Part shown: positions 47,123 through 55,299 of the stretch, piece by piece
Position numbering within the stretch: the stretch's first letter is position 1
Layout: each line of letters opens with the position of its first letter
From: a virus
Lineage: Duplodnaviria; Caudoviricetes
DNA: 64,000 nucleotides
IMG/VR virus record: IMGVR_UViG_2974752881_000001
Location: 3,360 to 67,359 of that record
Reading direction: 5' to 3' (one strand)
The notes under the pieces: generated by a model
Told to the model about the DNA's origin: nothing
The model's input: only the letters and a program-made list of their open reading frames with translations
Databases searched by the model: none
Position numbers and translations under genes: made by a program

Positions 47123-47147
47123 GGCGTGCAGGCCTTTCAACGGGAGA

Positions 47148-47182
47148 AGCGGGTGGACCGACCCCTCATCGGTCCACCCGCT
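47148..47182 (-). terminator. terminator hairpin after ssb-like gene
   Basis: perfect 14-bp stem AGCGGGTGGACCGA/TCGGTCCACCCGCT, 7-nt loop. Confidence 0.8.
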
Positions 47183-47196
47183 CCAGGTGGGGTAGA

Positions 47197-48081
47197 TCAG
47201 AACGCGCTACGGCGCTTTCGAGCGCTGGCCTTCTTCGGGGCCTCGGGCTCGGGCTCGGGCTCCGGGTCGGCCGCAGGCTCCTCGGGATCGTCGTCCGGGT
47301 CGTAGACCGGGTCGTCATCCTCGGGATCGGGAACAGTCTCGGGCTCCTCCGGATCGTCGTCCTCGGGGTCCGGGACTGTCTCGACCTCGGTGTCGTCGTC
47401 GACCGTGATCACCTCGTCGCCCGAATCGCCCCCGTCGTCGACCTCCAGATCGGCGTCGTCGACGTCGATGGCCTCCTCGTCCAGCGCGTCGAGATCCTCG
47501 TCGCTGACCTTCGAGGGCATCTCGTGGTCGGCCGGGTAGACATCGTTGACGCGCAGCGAGCGCACGTTCTCGGCGACGACCTTGCCCGCCGCGTTGCGCG
47601 ACTTGCGCTTGTAGTTGTCGTCGCGGGCCGACACGACGACCTTGATGCCCTGGAACTTCTTGCCGGAGACCAGCGTGGAGCCGATCTTCAGCACCTTCTC
47701 GCCCTTGTCGTCCATGACCGTTCCGCCACCCCAGAACTGGTTGCGCAGCGTCGTGTTGCCCGCCATGGCGTCGAGCAGCCGGTTGATCTTGCCGACGAAG
47801 AGATCGGCGTTCTCCTCGGACATGCTCTCGGGGATGACCATGCGCTCGAAGATCGCGTAGCCGTTGTACTTCGACGCCGGGTCGTCCTTCGCGGCGTCGA
47901 ACTCGATGACCGCGACGAGCAGATCCTTCGTCTTGGCCTTGTTCGGCTTGATCGACAGGCTCTTGACCCGAGCCCGGTAGATGCCCCGCGGGGGCACCTC
48001 GCCGACGTACTGACTGAATCCGGCTGTCGCCTCGACCTTGGCGGCCTCGGCGCCGATCTTCAGCTTGAGTTTGGTTGCCAT
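47197..48081 (-). CDS. ssDNA-binding protein-like (OB fold + long acidic tail)
   Basis: PRGIYRARVK N-terminus; D/E-rich C-terminus; follows AAA ATPase. Confidence 0.7.
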   Translation of the reverse strand: MATKLKLKIGAEAAKVEATAGFSQYVGEVPPRGIYRARVKSLSIKPNKAKTKDLLVAVIEFDAAKDDPASKYNGYAIFERMVIPESMSEENADLFVGKINRLLDAMAGNTTLRNQFWGGGTVMDDKGEKVLKIGSTLVSGKKFQGIKVVVSARDDNYKRKSRNAAGKVVAENVRSLRVNDVYPADHEMPSKVSDEDLDALDEEAIDVDDADLEVDDGGDSGDEVITVDDDTEVETVPDPEDDDPEEPETVPDPEDDDPVYDPDDDPEEPAADPEPEPEPEAPKKASARKRRSAF

Positions 48082-48100
48082 GCTGGGTTGTCTCCCTCTA

Positions 48101-48880
48101 CTACGAATCGACGGCGTTCGACGACTCGATGATCTTCGTGATGTCGGCCAAGCCCTTGTTCACGGTGCGCTTTCCGAGCGCGTCGAAACGGTCCTTGGCC
48201 AGGTACTTCGTATCGCTCTGCCACTCGATGACGCGCATCGTCTTCACGCCCTTGGTGGTGTTGACCGGCGCGAAGTGCATGTAGCCGACGAGGTGCATCT
48301 GCGCGGCGATCCAGTTCGCGACCTTGCCGTCGCGGCCGTGGAAGTTCGGCATCCGGATCTCTTCACCGTCCTCGTTGGTCCCGAACATGGCGTGTGCGGT
48401 CCAGCAGACGTTGACGCCGAGATCGTTGACCAGCGTGACGTAGCGCATGAGGCGCTGTTGCTCCTCGCCGTACTCCTGGAGCTCGACCTTGTCCGGATTG
48501 CGGCTGTCGTCGGCCTCGACCTCGGAATCGACGATGTCTCGGCGGATGTCGAGCTGGAGCTGGGTGCCGGTGTCGACGCAGATCCAGTCGAACGGAAAGT
48601 TCGGCTTGCGCGAGTTCTCTTCGAGCCACTCGTAGGCCTCGCGGAAGTTCTCCCATTTCGGGCACTTCCAGATCTTCGACGCGCCGGGCGACTTCTTGGC
48701 CGCGATCGTGCCGTTCTCCACGGCCAGGATCAGCGGTCGTTTCGCCGATCCGCAGAACCGGGTCTTGCCGACGCCCGGATCGGCGTAGAGCAGCATCGTG
48801 ATGTTCTCGGTGTACTCGTCGATGTCGACGATGTCGTCCGGAAGGTCGAAGCCCTTCAGGTCGTCCTTGGTTTCGGCCAT
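48101..48880 (-). CDS. AAA/RecA-like (Sak4-type) ATPase
   Basis: LYADPGVGKT Walker A; ICVDT Walker B; AKDRF C-terminal motif. Confidence 0.85.
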   Translation of the reverse strand: MAETKDDLKGFDLPDDIVDIDEYTENITMLLYADPGVGKTRFCGSAKRPLILAVENGTIAAKKSPGASKIWKCPKWENFREAYEWLEENSRKPNFPFDWICVDTGTQLQLDIRRDIVDSEVEADDSRNPDKVELQEYGEEQQRLMRYVTLVNDLGVNVCWTAHAMFGTNEDGEEIRMPNFHGRDGKVANWIAAQMHLVGYMHFAPVNTTKGVKTMRVIEWQSDTKYLAKDRFDALGKRTVNKGLADITKIIESSNAVDS

Positions 48881-48898
48881 GGTCTCCTCTTGTCTGTG

Positions 48899-48935
48899 TT
48901 GACGCCAACCCTACCATAGATCGGCGTGCGGTCAA
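48899..48935 (-). promoter_or_regulatory. leftward promoter with operator overlapping the -10/start site
   Basis: TTGACC-16 nt-TAGGGT (with TG extension), then TTGGCGTCAA. Confidence 0.7.
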
Positions 48936-50127
48936 TCAGAACTCGCCGCGACGTTCTTGCCGGTGAGCGGCATAGGGATCGCGGACCTGGTAGGCCACCG
49001 ACTTGATCAGATCGAGGTCGGCGTCCTGCTCGTCGGCCAGGCACAGGTCGTAGAAGTCGCAGTCCCACGTGCAGTCGCGGGTCGGGTTCTTGTACAGCGG
49101 GAGAGTGCCGTCCCGCATGAGGTTCATCGTCTGGACCTCGTCGGCGATGTGCTGGATCTGCTTGCGGCGCTCCTTCGAGGTCCGGAACACCGGCTCACGG
49201 TGAAACCGCGGCGCGGGCTGCTTCGTCGAGACGTCCCCGAGCACGGTCAGCTCCAGATCCTCCGATAGCTCGACCAGGTCGGCCAGCTTCATCTTGGTCA
49301 GCTCCTTCTCCCGAGCTGGCCCCTCCTCGTCGATCCACACCCGCTCCGGCACGATCGTCGTCTTGGCGTCGTGCTCCAGGATCGCCTTGACGTAGTGCTT
49401 CCGGATCGGCTTGTTCGTCGCGAGCCCCTGCTCGTTGACCGGCCGTTCGTCCGGCGGGGCCTTCATCAGGAAGTTGTAGAGGATGCCGTTGATCCGCTCC
49501 CGCTGGCCGAGCACGCCCTTGCGTCGCAACACGTTGTCGGCGACGGCCCAGTAGCCGCCAGCCTGGTCATCGAGCGGCAGGTGGTTGGTCTTGATCGACC
49601 GGGCCGTCTTGTGGTCCCACAGCCAGATCCGATGCGTCCCGAGGTTGCGCGCGACGATGTCGAAGGTGCCGTGGAACTTCGCGACCGGCGTCCGGTCGCC
49701 CTCGGCCGCGTTGCGGGGGATGCGCACGCCGAAGGCCTGCTCCGGCGACAGGATCTCCCACTCGTCGTCGTCGCCGTACTCCACGAGGTAGTTGTCCAGC
49801 ATCGCCAGGCCGACGGCCTCAGCATCCATCACCACCTGCTCGGAGTCGGCGAACAGCGCGCCGGACTTGATCTCGACCCGGACCAGCTCGGTGATCCCCT
49901 GGCAGTACTCCTCCCAGGTTTCGCGCATGTCCCGACCCCGCTTCGTGCCAGGGATGTACCACTGCTCGGCGGCCAGGTGGATGCCGGTGCCGAACCACAG
50001 CGGGACCTTGCGCTTCTTCGACTCCAGCCCGTCGCGCCACCCCCACCACCAGCGTTGCGGATCTCGGGCACCGTTTGAAGTCCTTCCGCTCAGAACCACG
50101 GAGCAGAGGAAGATCAGACGATGCCAT
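48936..50127 (-). CDS. Cas4/RecB-like PD-(D/E)xK exonuclease, reading frame broken near codon 21
   Basis: N-terminus MASSDLPLLRGSERKDFKRCP (SD GGAGG, ATG 50127) is out of frame with QRWWWGWRDGL...FDIVAR...DHKT...CTWDCDFYDLC; 7 extra nt at 50058-50064. Confidence 0.85.
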
Positions 50128-50320
50128 TGAGATCACCTCCGATCGGTACGTGAGACCAGTCCTTGCCGGTCTTGATCCTGCTGATGGTCACTTGGTGAAC
50201 TCCATAGGTTGCCTCGTCGCCCGTCCAGTTGTGATGCCCCTCCTCCCCCAGAACCCCTCTCGGCCGAGCCTTGCGCTCGGACCCGCGGAGCAGCGGGAGA
50301 TCGACGACGTCAGAAGTCAC
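50114..50320 (-). pseudogene. original exonuclease 5' end fused to the decayed C-terminal remnant of an HNH homing endonuclease
   Basis: VTSDVVDLPLLRGSERK followed by GEEGHHNW...YGVHQVTISRIKTGKDWSHV; no catalytic HNH core. Confidence 0.7.
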
Positions 50321-50639
50321 GAGTGGCCCCGCGGATCTTCTCGCCTGCCTCGATGAACGCCGAGGCCAGACGCACCTTCGCCGTCATCAGGCGCAGCTTC
50401 GGCAGGTCGGTCGAGAGGTGCTCGGGCAGGTTGTTGATCAGGACCAACTCCGACAGGCGGAAACGAGGGAAGTCGTCGACACCAACCTCCATGTCGCCGG
50501 TAGTCCGCCAGATCGCCGGATCGACTCCAAAGGCCTTTGTGCCCCACCAGACGTGCGATGGGGTGTTGGGGTGCTTGTCGTCGAGGTAGAGGAACTCGAT
50601 CGGCGGCCATTGCTGCTGGACCAGCCCGGGATTACTCAT
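50310..50639 (-). CDS. hypothetical protein
   Basis: 109 aa; SD GGAGG. Confidence 0.75.
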   Translation of the reverse strand: MSNPGLVQQQWPPIEFLYLDDKHPNTPSHVWWGTKAFGVDPAIWRTTGDMEVGVDDFPRFRLSELVLINNLPEHLSTDLPKLRLMTAKVRLASAFIEAGEKIRGATRDF

Positions 50640-50976
50640 CGGAGACCTCCGGCCGGACGTAGGCCTCGGCGGTGATCTTGATGACCCGGTCGAGATTGAT
50701 GGCGTCGAGACGAGCTCGAACCAGACCTCGGTAATCGGTGGGTTCGCTCCGATTGAACCTGGTGTTGTCCTCCTGCGTACCGACGTAGGTCAGCGGGAGG
50801 ATGAACAGCAAACCGGAGCCACGATCGGCATTGTGAGGCAAGACCTCGTACCCCACGATCGAAGCGTGCGGACCGCCGACGCCGCTCTCGTAGGTGACGG
50901 TCGACAACACCTGTGAGACTCGACCACCGATGTCTCGCTCGACCCAGGCTCGAACACCCGGAGACAGTTCGGACAT
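50632..50976 (-). CDS. hypothetical protein
   Basis: SD GGAAAGGA; MSELSPG... Confidence 0.75.
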   Translation of the reverse strand: MSELSPGVRAWVERDIGGRVSQVLSTVTYESGVGGPHASIVGYEVLPHNADRGSGLLFILPLTYVGTQEDNTRFNRSEPTDYRGLVRARLDAINLDRVIKITAEAYVRPEVSDE

Positions 50977-51013
50977 GTAAGACTTCCTTTCCACAGCAGC
51001 GGGATCGACCGTA

Positions 51014-51190
51014 TCAGGTCATGACGACAGGGACGGGGTTGATCCGCCCGCAGTCGAGGCACTCGCGATTACCGAATTTCCGAGAGCCCGCCGGAACGCC
51101 CTGCACGGTGACCGGACGAATCTCCTTGTAGATCAGACGAGTTCGCCTGTGCTTGCATCGTGCCGCAGCGCGGCGATCGGCCCGGTTCAT
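51014..51190 (-). CDS. 58-aa Zn-finger-like protein (not in ORF track)
   Basis: ATGA overlap; MNRADRRAAARCKH...ECLDCGRINP. Confidence 0.65.
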   Translation of the reverse strand: MNRADRRAAARCKHRRTRLIYKEIRPVTVQGVPAGSRKFGNRECLDCGRINPVPVVMT

Positions 51191-51567
51191 CGGCTGGCCA
51201 GCGGATTGACGTCGCGCGGATCAGGCTTCGAGGAGCCCAAGCGCCGCGGAGTCGGTGGCACCTGATCGAACACGTGCCAGACGAAGATCCCGTCGCGCAA
51301 GGTGGCGATGTGCTCGCCGACGTGGCCGAGTGGGTGCCCGGTCCCACGGACGTGGACGGTCCGGCGCTCGACGACGCCCGGGTGCGGCTCAACGACGGCC
51401 CACAGCTCGATGACGTGCTCGTCGATCTGAAGGCCGTCGATCTGTTGATGCCGCAGGACAGCGTCGCCGTGCGGCAGCCAGCGGACGAACTTGCCGTGGC
51501 GGATCGCGATCTCGACCTCGTCCTCGACGAGGATCGTGAACTTCCAGATGGTGTGGTTGTCGGTCAT
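51187..51567 (-). CDS. conserved phage hypothetical protein
   Basis: TIWKF...LWAVV...VRGTGHP...FVWHVF pattern. Confidence 0.8.
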   Translation of the reverse strand: MTDNHTIWKFTILVEDEVEIAIRHGKFVRWLPHGDAVLRHQQIDGLQIDEHVIELWAVVEPHPGVVERRTVHVRGTGHPLGHVGEHIATLRDGIFVWHVFDQVPPTPRRLGSSKPDPRDVNPLASR

Positions 51568-51905
51568 TCGATGCTCCCAACAGTAGGGAGGAGCGCGATT
51601 GCTCCTCGGATGCGGTTCGCCAGGTCCAAGTGGCCCTCCTGGCGAAGTTGATCAAGGTCATCAAGGTTTCCGAAACGCCAGTGCTCGGACTTGTGGCTGG
51701 CGATCCCGGACTTCAAGACTCTCGCCCCTCGGATTGACCAGGAGGTGTATGCCTCCTCGTTCCCTCGGCCGTCATATCCGATGTACCTCCAGGATCGGGT
51801 CACCCGAACCCGTTGCGGAACGATCGAGATCCCTCGCTCGCCGACGATGGCAGGGTGTCCCTCAACCCGAAAGATCAACTCTGCCTTGACCGTATGCATA
51901 TTCAT
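51564..51905 (-). CDS. hypothetical protein
   Basis: ATGA overlaps on both sides. Confidence 0.75.
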   Translation of the reverse strand: MNMHTVKAELIFRVEGHPAIVGERGISIVPQRVRVTRSWRYIGYDGRGNEEAYTSWSIRGARVLKSGIASHKSEHWRFGNLDDLDQLRQEGHLDLANRIRGAIALLPTVGSIE

Positions 51906-53959
51906 GCTGCCTTCTTTCGGTCGATCGGGGTGAGCAACGAGCGGGCGAACGTGACGCCGCGCTGGCCGTCGATGAGCATCTTGGTCAGACGCTCACGCCC
52001 GCCGGAGACGAAGGCGATGTTCTCCTCGACCGTCTCCAGCGTGCGCAGGTAGTGGATGGTGACCTGGTGCAGCCGCGAGACACGGTGGATGCGGTCCTCG
52101 ACCTGCTCCTGGTCGTCGGGAATCCAGGTCTCGTCGAGGAACACCAGATCGTCGGCGGCGTCGAGCGTCAGAGACACACCACCGGCGACGGTGTTGATCA
52201 GGAACACCCGCGGGCCACCGGCTTGCTGCCACCGATCCTTGTTCTCCTTCCGCTGAGCCTGGGACACCTTTCCGGTGATCTTCAGGCTCGGGATGCCGAG
52301 CTTGGAGAGCTGCTGTTCGTACATGTCCAAGATCGCGGTGAACTGGCTGGCCACGACGACCTTCCGCTCCTGGCCCTCCTCGTCGGGCTCCATCGACGTG
52401 TGCCGGTTGATGCCGAGCGAGTCGAGGAAGTCGACCAGCCAGTCGAACTTGACCGAGGGCATCTTGGGGAGGAAGCGGTAGGCCTCCTCGCCGTCGCTGT
52501 CGAGGTAGGTCTCGACGTCGCCATGGCAGATCGCGAACTGCTTCAGCCGGACCAGCTCGGCGAGCACGCCGTTGGCGGTCAGCACGCCGGACTCCAGGAT
52601 CGTCTCGGCCTCGTCGCGGATCTCGGCGTAGGCCTTCGCCTGCTTCGGGCTCATCGTGAGCCAGTGGCCGACCGGACTGTGATCGTCGACCGAGCCGTCC
52701 TCGTAGGGCAGCGGGGTGCCCGCGTAGAGCTTGGCCGGGAGCTCCGGGTAGACCTCGGCCTTGGTCCGGCGCAGCATGATCGGCGCGATGTCCTCGTAGA
52801 AGGCCTTCGCCTTCGTCTCGTCGAGACCGGCGATCTCCATGTTCGACTTGCGATCCTTGATGTCGCCGAGCACGTGGAACCACTGCTGAGCCCACGACCA
52901 GTAGGCGTGGTACTTGTCCGGGTAGAGCCAGTTCAGGGTGCCCCAGAGGTTCTCCGGCTTCCCGCGGAACGGGGTGCCCGACAGCGCGATCTTCATGCCG
53001 TCGTCGATGATCTTGATCATCCCGGCACCGGCGCGCACCTGGGTCTGACTCTGTGGGGTGGCGGAGTGGCAGATCATGAAGCGGTGGCTCTCGTCGGCGA
53101 CGAAGGCCGACCAGTGCCGATCGAACAGCTCGGGGTACTTCAGGTCCCACCAGCCGTCTTCTTTGAACATGCCCATCTTGCCGGTGCGCTTGTGCGGCCG
53201 TCGGACGGTGCGCGGCTTGACCCACTCCGCGCGCAGCATCTCCAGGTTGATGATCACCCACCGGCGCCGGTCGGTCGGCGGCGGCCCGAGCCGGTCGAGG
53301 ATCGTATGGCGGGCCTTGCCGGTGCCCATCACCGCGATGACCTCGTCGCCCGGGACCCAGCGCTCCAGCTCGTCCGGCCAGGTAGTGGCCACGGCGGCCG
53401 ACGGCGCCGCGACGAGGATGTCACCGACGAGGTCGTAGTTCACCGTGGCGCCGATGGTCTGGAGCGTCTTGCCCAGGCCCGGCTGGTCGGCCAGCAGCCC
53501 GCGGCGGGTCTCGGACAGGAATGCGATCCCGGCCCGCTGGTAGGCACGGACGGCCTCGTGGATCTCGGGGGCCTCCTCGGCCACCCAGGCTTCGAGTTCG
53601 GCGTCGCTGGTGGCGCTGGAGAAGTTCTCGATGCGACCCAGCCGCTCGGCCTCGTCGAGACTCCACGTGGCCAGGCCCTCGGAGACCTCCAGGCGCTCAC
53701 CGAAGATCCGGCGTAGCTCCTTGCAGTTGGTCAGCGTCAGCGGGAGGTTGCCCCCTCCACCGTCGACGCCGACCGCGCCGATCTCCTTTAGGCGCTCACC
53801 GAGTCGATTGTGTCGGTTCTGACCAGCGGGCCACCAGACCTCGATGGTGGACTCGGAAGTGTCGTCATCGGCAAGCTCGGCCCAGATGAATCCGTCTCGG
53901 AGGGAAGCGATTCGCTCGGCGACGGCTGGGTTGTCGGTTTCGAGCTCGACGGCTCCCAT
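51902..53959 (-). CDS. SNF2-family (SF2) DNA helicase
   Basis: LLADQPGLGKT, VADESH, LSGTP, QVEDRIHR; start ATG 53959 with SD GGGGAG. Confidence 0.92.
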   Translation of the reverse strand: MGAVELETDNPAVAERIASLRDGFIWAELADDDTSESTIEVWWPAGQNRHNRLGERLKEIGAVGVDGGGGNLPLTLTNCKELRRIFGERLEVSEGLATWSLDEAERLGRIENFSSATSDAELEAWVAEEAPEIHEAVRAYQRAGIAFLSETRRGLLADQPGLGKTLQTIGATVNYDLVGDILVAAPSAAVATTWPDELERWVPGDEVIAVMGTGKARHTILDRLGPPPTDRRRWVIINLEMLRAEWVKPRTVRRPHKRTGKMGMFKEDGWWDLKYPELFDRHWSAFVADESHRFMICHSATPQSQTQVRAGAGMIKIIDDGMKIALSGTPFRGKPENLWGTLNWLYPDKYHAYWSWAQQWFHVLGDIKDRKSNMEIAGLDETKAKAFYEDIAPIMLRRTKAEVYPELPAKLYAGTPLPYEDGSVDDHSPVGHWLTMSPKQAKAYAEIRDEAETILESGVLTANGVLAELVRLKQFAICHGDVETYLDSDGEEAYRFLPKMPSVKFDWLVDFLDSLGINRHTSMEPDEEGQERKVVVASQFTAILDMYEQQLSKLGIPSLKITGKVSQAQRKENKDRWQQAGGPRVFLINTVAGGVSLTLDAADDLVFLDETWIPDDQEQVEDRIHRVSRLHQVTIHYLRTLETVEENIAFVSGGRERLTKMLIDGQRGVTFARSLLTPIDRKKAA

Positions 53960-54426
53960 TGGATCTCCCCGTTGTGCATGACCTCGAACAGACGTTCGAG
54001 CTTGGTGATGTAGGGCCCGCGGTGCTCCACGCCGGAGAAGGTGACTCCGGCCCAGATCCCATTCAGGCGGCTGATCGACTGCGCGGTTTCGAGCGCGTGG
54101 CGAGCGCAGAGAGCGGCCACCGGACAGTGTTGCACGCATATCCGACGGGCCATCTCGTCTTCCTGCCGGAGTTCGATGCGCTCCTCGGGGCTGGCGGCCC
54201 GGCGGGCTTCGAGGTTGGGGACGAACGAGTCCCCGAGGCCGCCGCACGCCGCGTCGGCCATCCAGTTCTCATGTTCTCTCGGCAGGTCGGGAACGTCGAA
54301 CATGGAGGCGGCCCGCGGTGGTCCCGCGTTGGGCTTCGGGCCGACCTCTCCGAACGTGGTCACTCGTGCCGCGGTGATGACGTTGGTGCCCTGGAAGTAC
54401 ACCGCGGTGCGATGAGACCGGATCAC
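53788..54426 (-). CDS. whiB: WhiB-family Fe-S transcription regulator 2
   Basis: NWMADAAC...RRICVQHCPVAALC...NGIWAG; start at GTGA overlap 54426 (or ATG 54303); tail overlaps helicase by about 170 nt. Confidence 0.82.
   Translation of the reverse strand: MIRSHRTAVYFQGTNVITAARVTTFGEVGPKPNAGPPRAASMFDVPDLPREHENWMADAACGGLGDSFVPNLEARRAASPEERIELRQEDEMARRICVQHCPVAALCARHALETAQSISRLNGIWAGVTFSGVEHRGPYITKLERLFEVMHNGEIQWEPSSSKPTTQPSPSESLPSETDSSGPSLPMTTLPSPPSRSGGPLVRTDTIDSVSA
53984..53999. promoter_or_regulatory. perfect SOS box TCGAAC-AGAC-GTTCGA about 25 nt upstream of the helicase start
   Basis: exact match; identical to the 42220 copy. Confidence 0.6.
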
Positions 54427-54584
54427 TCCTGGGTCCCCGCGATCCACGGCTTCGAGCGCTGAAGCTCGGAGTGGATCGGCGTCCCGGAGTCGGCGAACCG
54501 CTCCAGTGCCTCCTCCGGGGTCTCAGCCTCGACCTCGTAGGTCGCGGTCTTCGTCTCGGTCTGCTCGACCAGGTATTTCGTCAT
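54423..54584 (-). CDS. 53-aa hypothetical protein
   Basis: SD GAGAGGA; MTKYLVEQTE...YEVEAETPEEA. Confidence 0.75.
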   Translation of the reverse strand: MTKYLVEQTETKTATYEVEAETPEEALERFADSGTPIHSELQRSKPWIAGTQE

Positions 54585-54619
54585 GGATGGGTCCTCTCGG
54601 CGGGTGTCCGCCACCGTAG

Positions 54620-54805
54620 TCAACCGGCTTCGTCAGGGGTGGGTTTCTCGACCGTCCATCGCCGTTTCATGCCGATCTGATGGCACTTGTCGCATCCCTT
54701 GCCCGGGGTGTACCCGAGCGTCGAGAAGACCATGACGTCGATGAGCGGGCCGACATGTCCGCAGTTGGAGCATTCGCCGTGCGGCACGGCGACGAGGTCG
54801 GTCAT
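54620..54805 (-). CDS. 61-aa Zn-ribbon protein
   Basis: CSNC...CDKC; ATGA overlap. Confidence 0.7.
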   Translation of the reverse strand: MTDLVAVPHGECSNCGHVGPLIDVMVFSTLGYTPGKGCDKCHQIGMKRRWTVEKPTPDEAG

Positions 54806-54927
54806 AGATGGAAGAAGTGGTTCGGGCTGAAGATGTAGTACACCGTGGGAATCCAGAGAAGGAAACCCCCGAACAGGGCGTGCAGAAGGACCGAGTGGCC
54901 CTTCTGCACGCGGGTGTAGCTGCTCAC
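54802..54927 (-). CDS. 41-aa membrane peptide (not in ORF track)
   Basis: MSSYTRVQKGHSVLLHALFGGFLLWIPTVYYIFSPNHFFHL; GTGA and ATGA coupling at both ends. Confidence 0.75.
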   Translation of the reverse strand: MSSYTRVQKGHSVLLHALFGGFLLWIPTVYYIFSPNHFFHL

Positions 54928-55229
54928 TCGTCGGTCTCGGGCTCGGCCGGGGCCTCCGGGGCCTCGGGCTCGTCGAAGTAGGTCGGGGCCTCGTAGGTGT
55001 AGTCCGGGCCGGTGCGCGGCAGGTCGCCCATGTTGATGGGCTCGCTGTTCGCGCCGCCGCCGATCTGGTCACCGTTGGTCGAGACGATCGGGGGCGGGCA
55101 GGGCGCGTCGCCGGTGGCCGTCGGGATCGAGCACGGCTTGGTCGGCGCCGCGTCAGCGGGAGCTGCCATGGCGACGAGGCCGAAGAAGATCAGCGCCGCG
55201 ACGGCGAGACCTGCGAAGAATGCTTTCAT
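54924..55229 (-). CDS. secreted/exported small protein
   Basis: signal peptide MKAFFAGLAVAALIFFGLVAMAAPADA; 2 Cys; SD AGGAGG. Confidence 0.8.
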   Translation of the reverse strand: MKAFFAGLAVAALIFFGLVAMAAPADAAPTKPCSIPTATGDAPCPPPIVSTNGDQIGGGANSEPINMGDLPRTGPDYTYEAPTYFDEPEAPEAPAEPETDE

Positions 55230-55270
55230 GTTGTCCTCCTGGACATTCGGGGTGTCGGTCGTACTATTTC

Positions 55271-55299
55271 AGTGTAAGAGTTGACGTCAACTCTGTCAA
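55271..55299 (-). promoter_or_regulatory. SigA-like leftward promoter; spacer is the 18-bp perfect palindrome AGAGTTGACGTCAACTCT (55277-55294)
   Basis: TTGACA-17 nt-TACACT. Confidence 0.88.

Noticed and set aside
48936-50127. Cas4-like gene as evidence of a CRISPR-Cas system
   Set aside because: No cas1/cas2 or repeat-spacer array anywhere; stand-alone Cas4-like nucleases are common phage recombination genes
50058-50270. Group I intron splicing out the HNH remnant and the frame break
   Set aside because: Joining the upstream copy to QRWWW would drop DFKRC (including the Fe-S cysteine); I could not see P/Q/R/S core elements
50317-50610. 97-aa ORF listed in the track
   Set aside because: Shadow of 50310-50639, which has a GGAGG SD and protein-like composition
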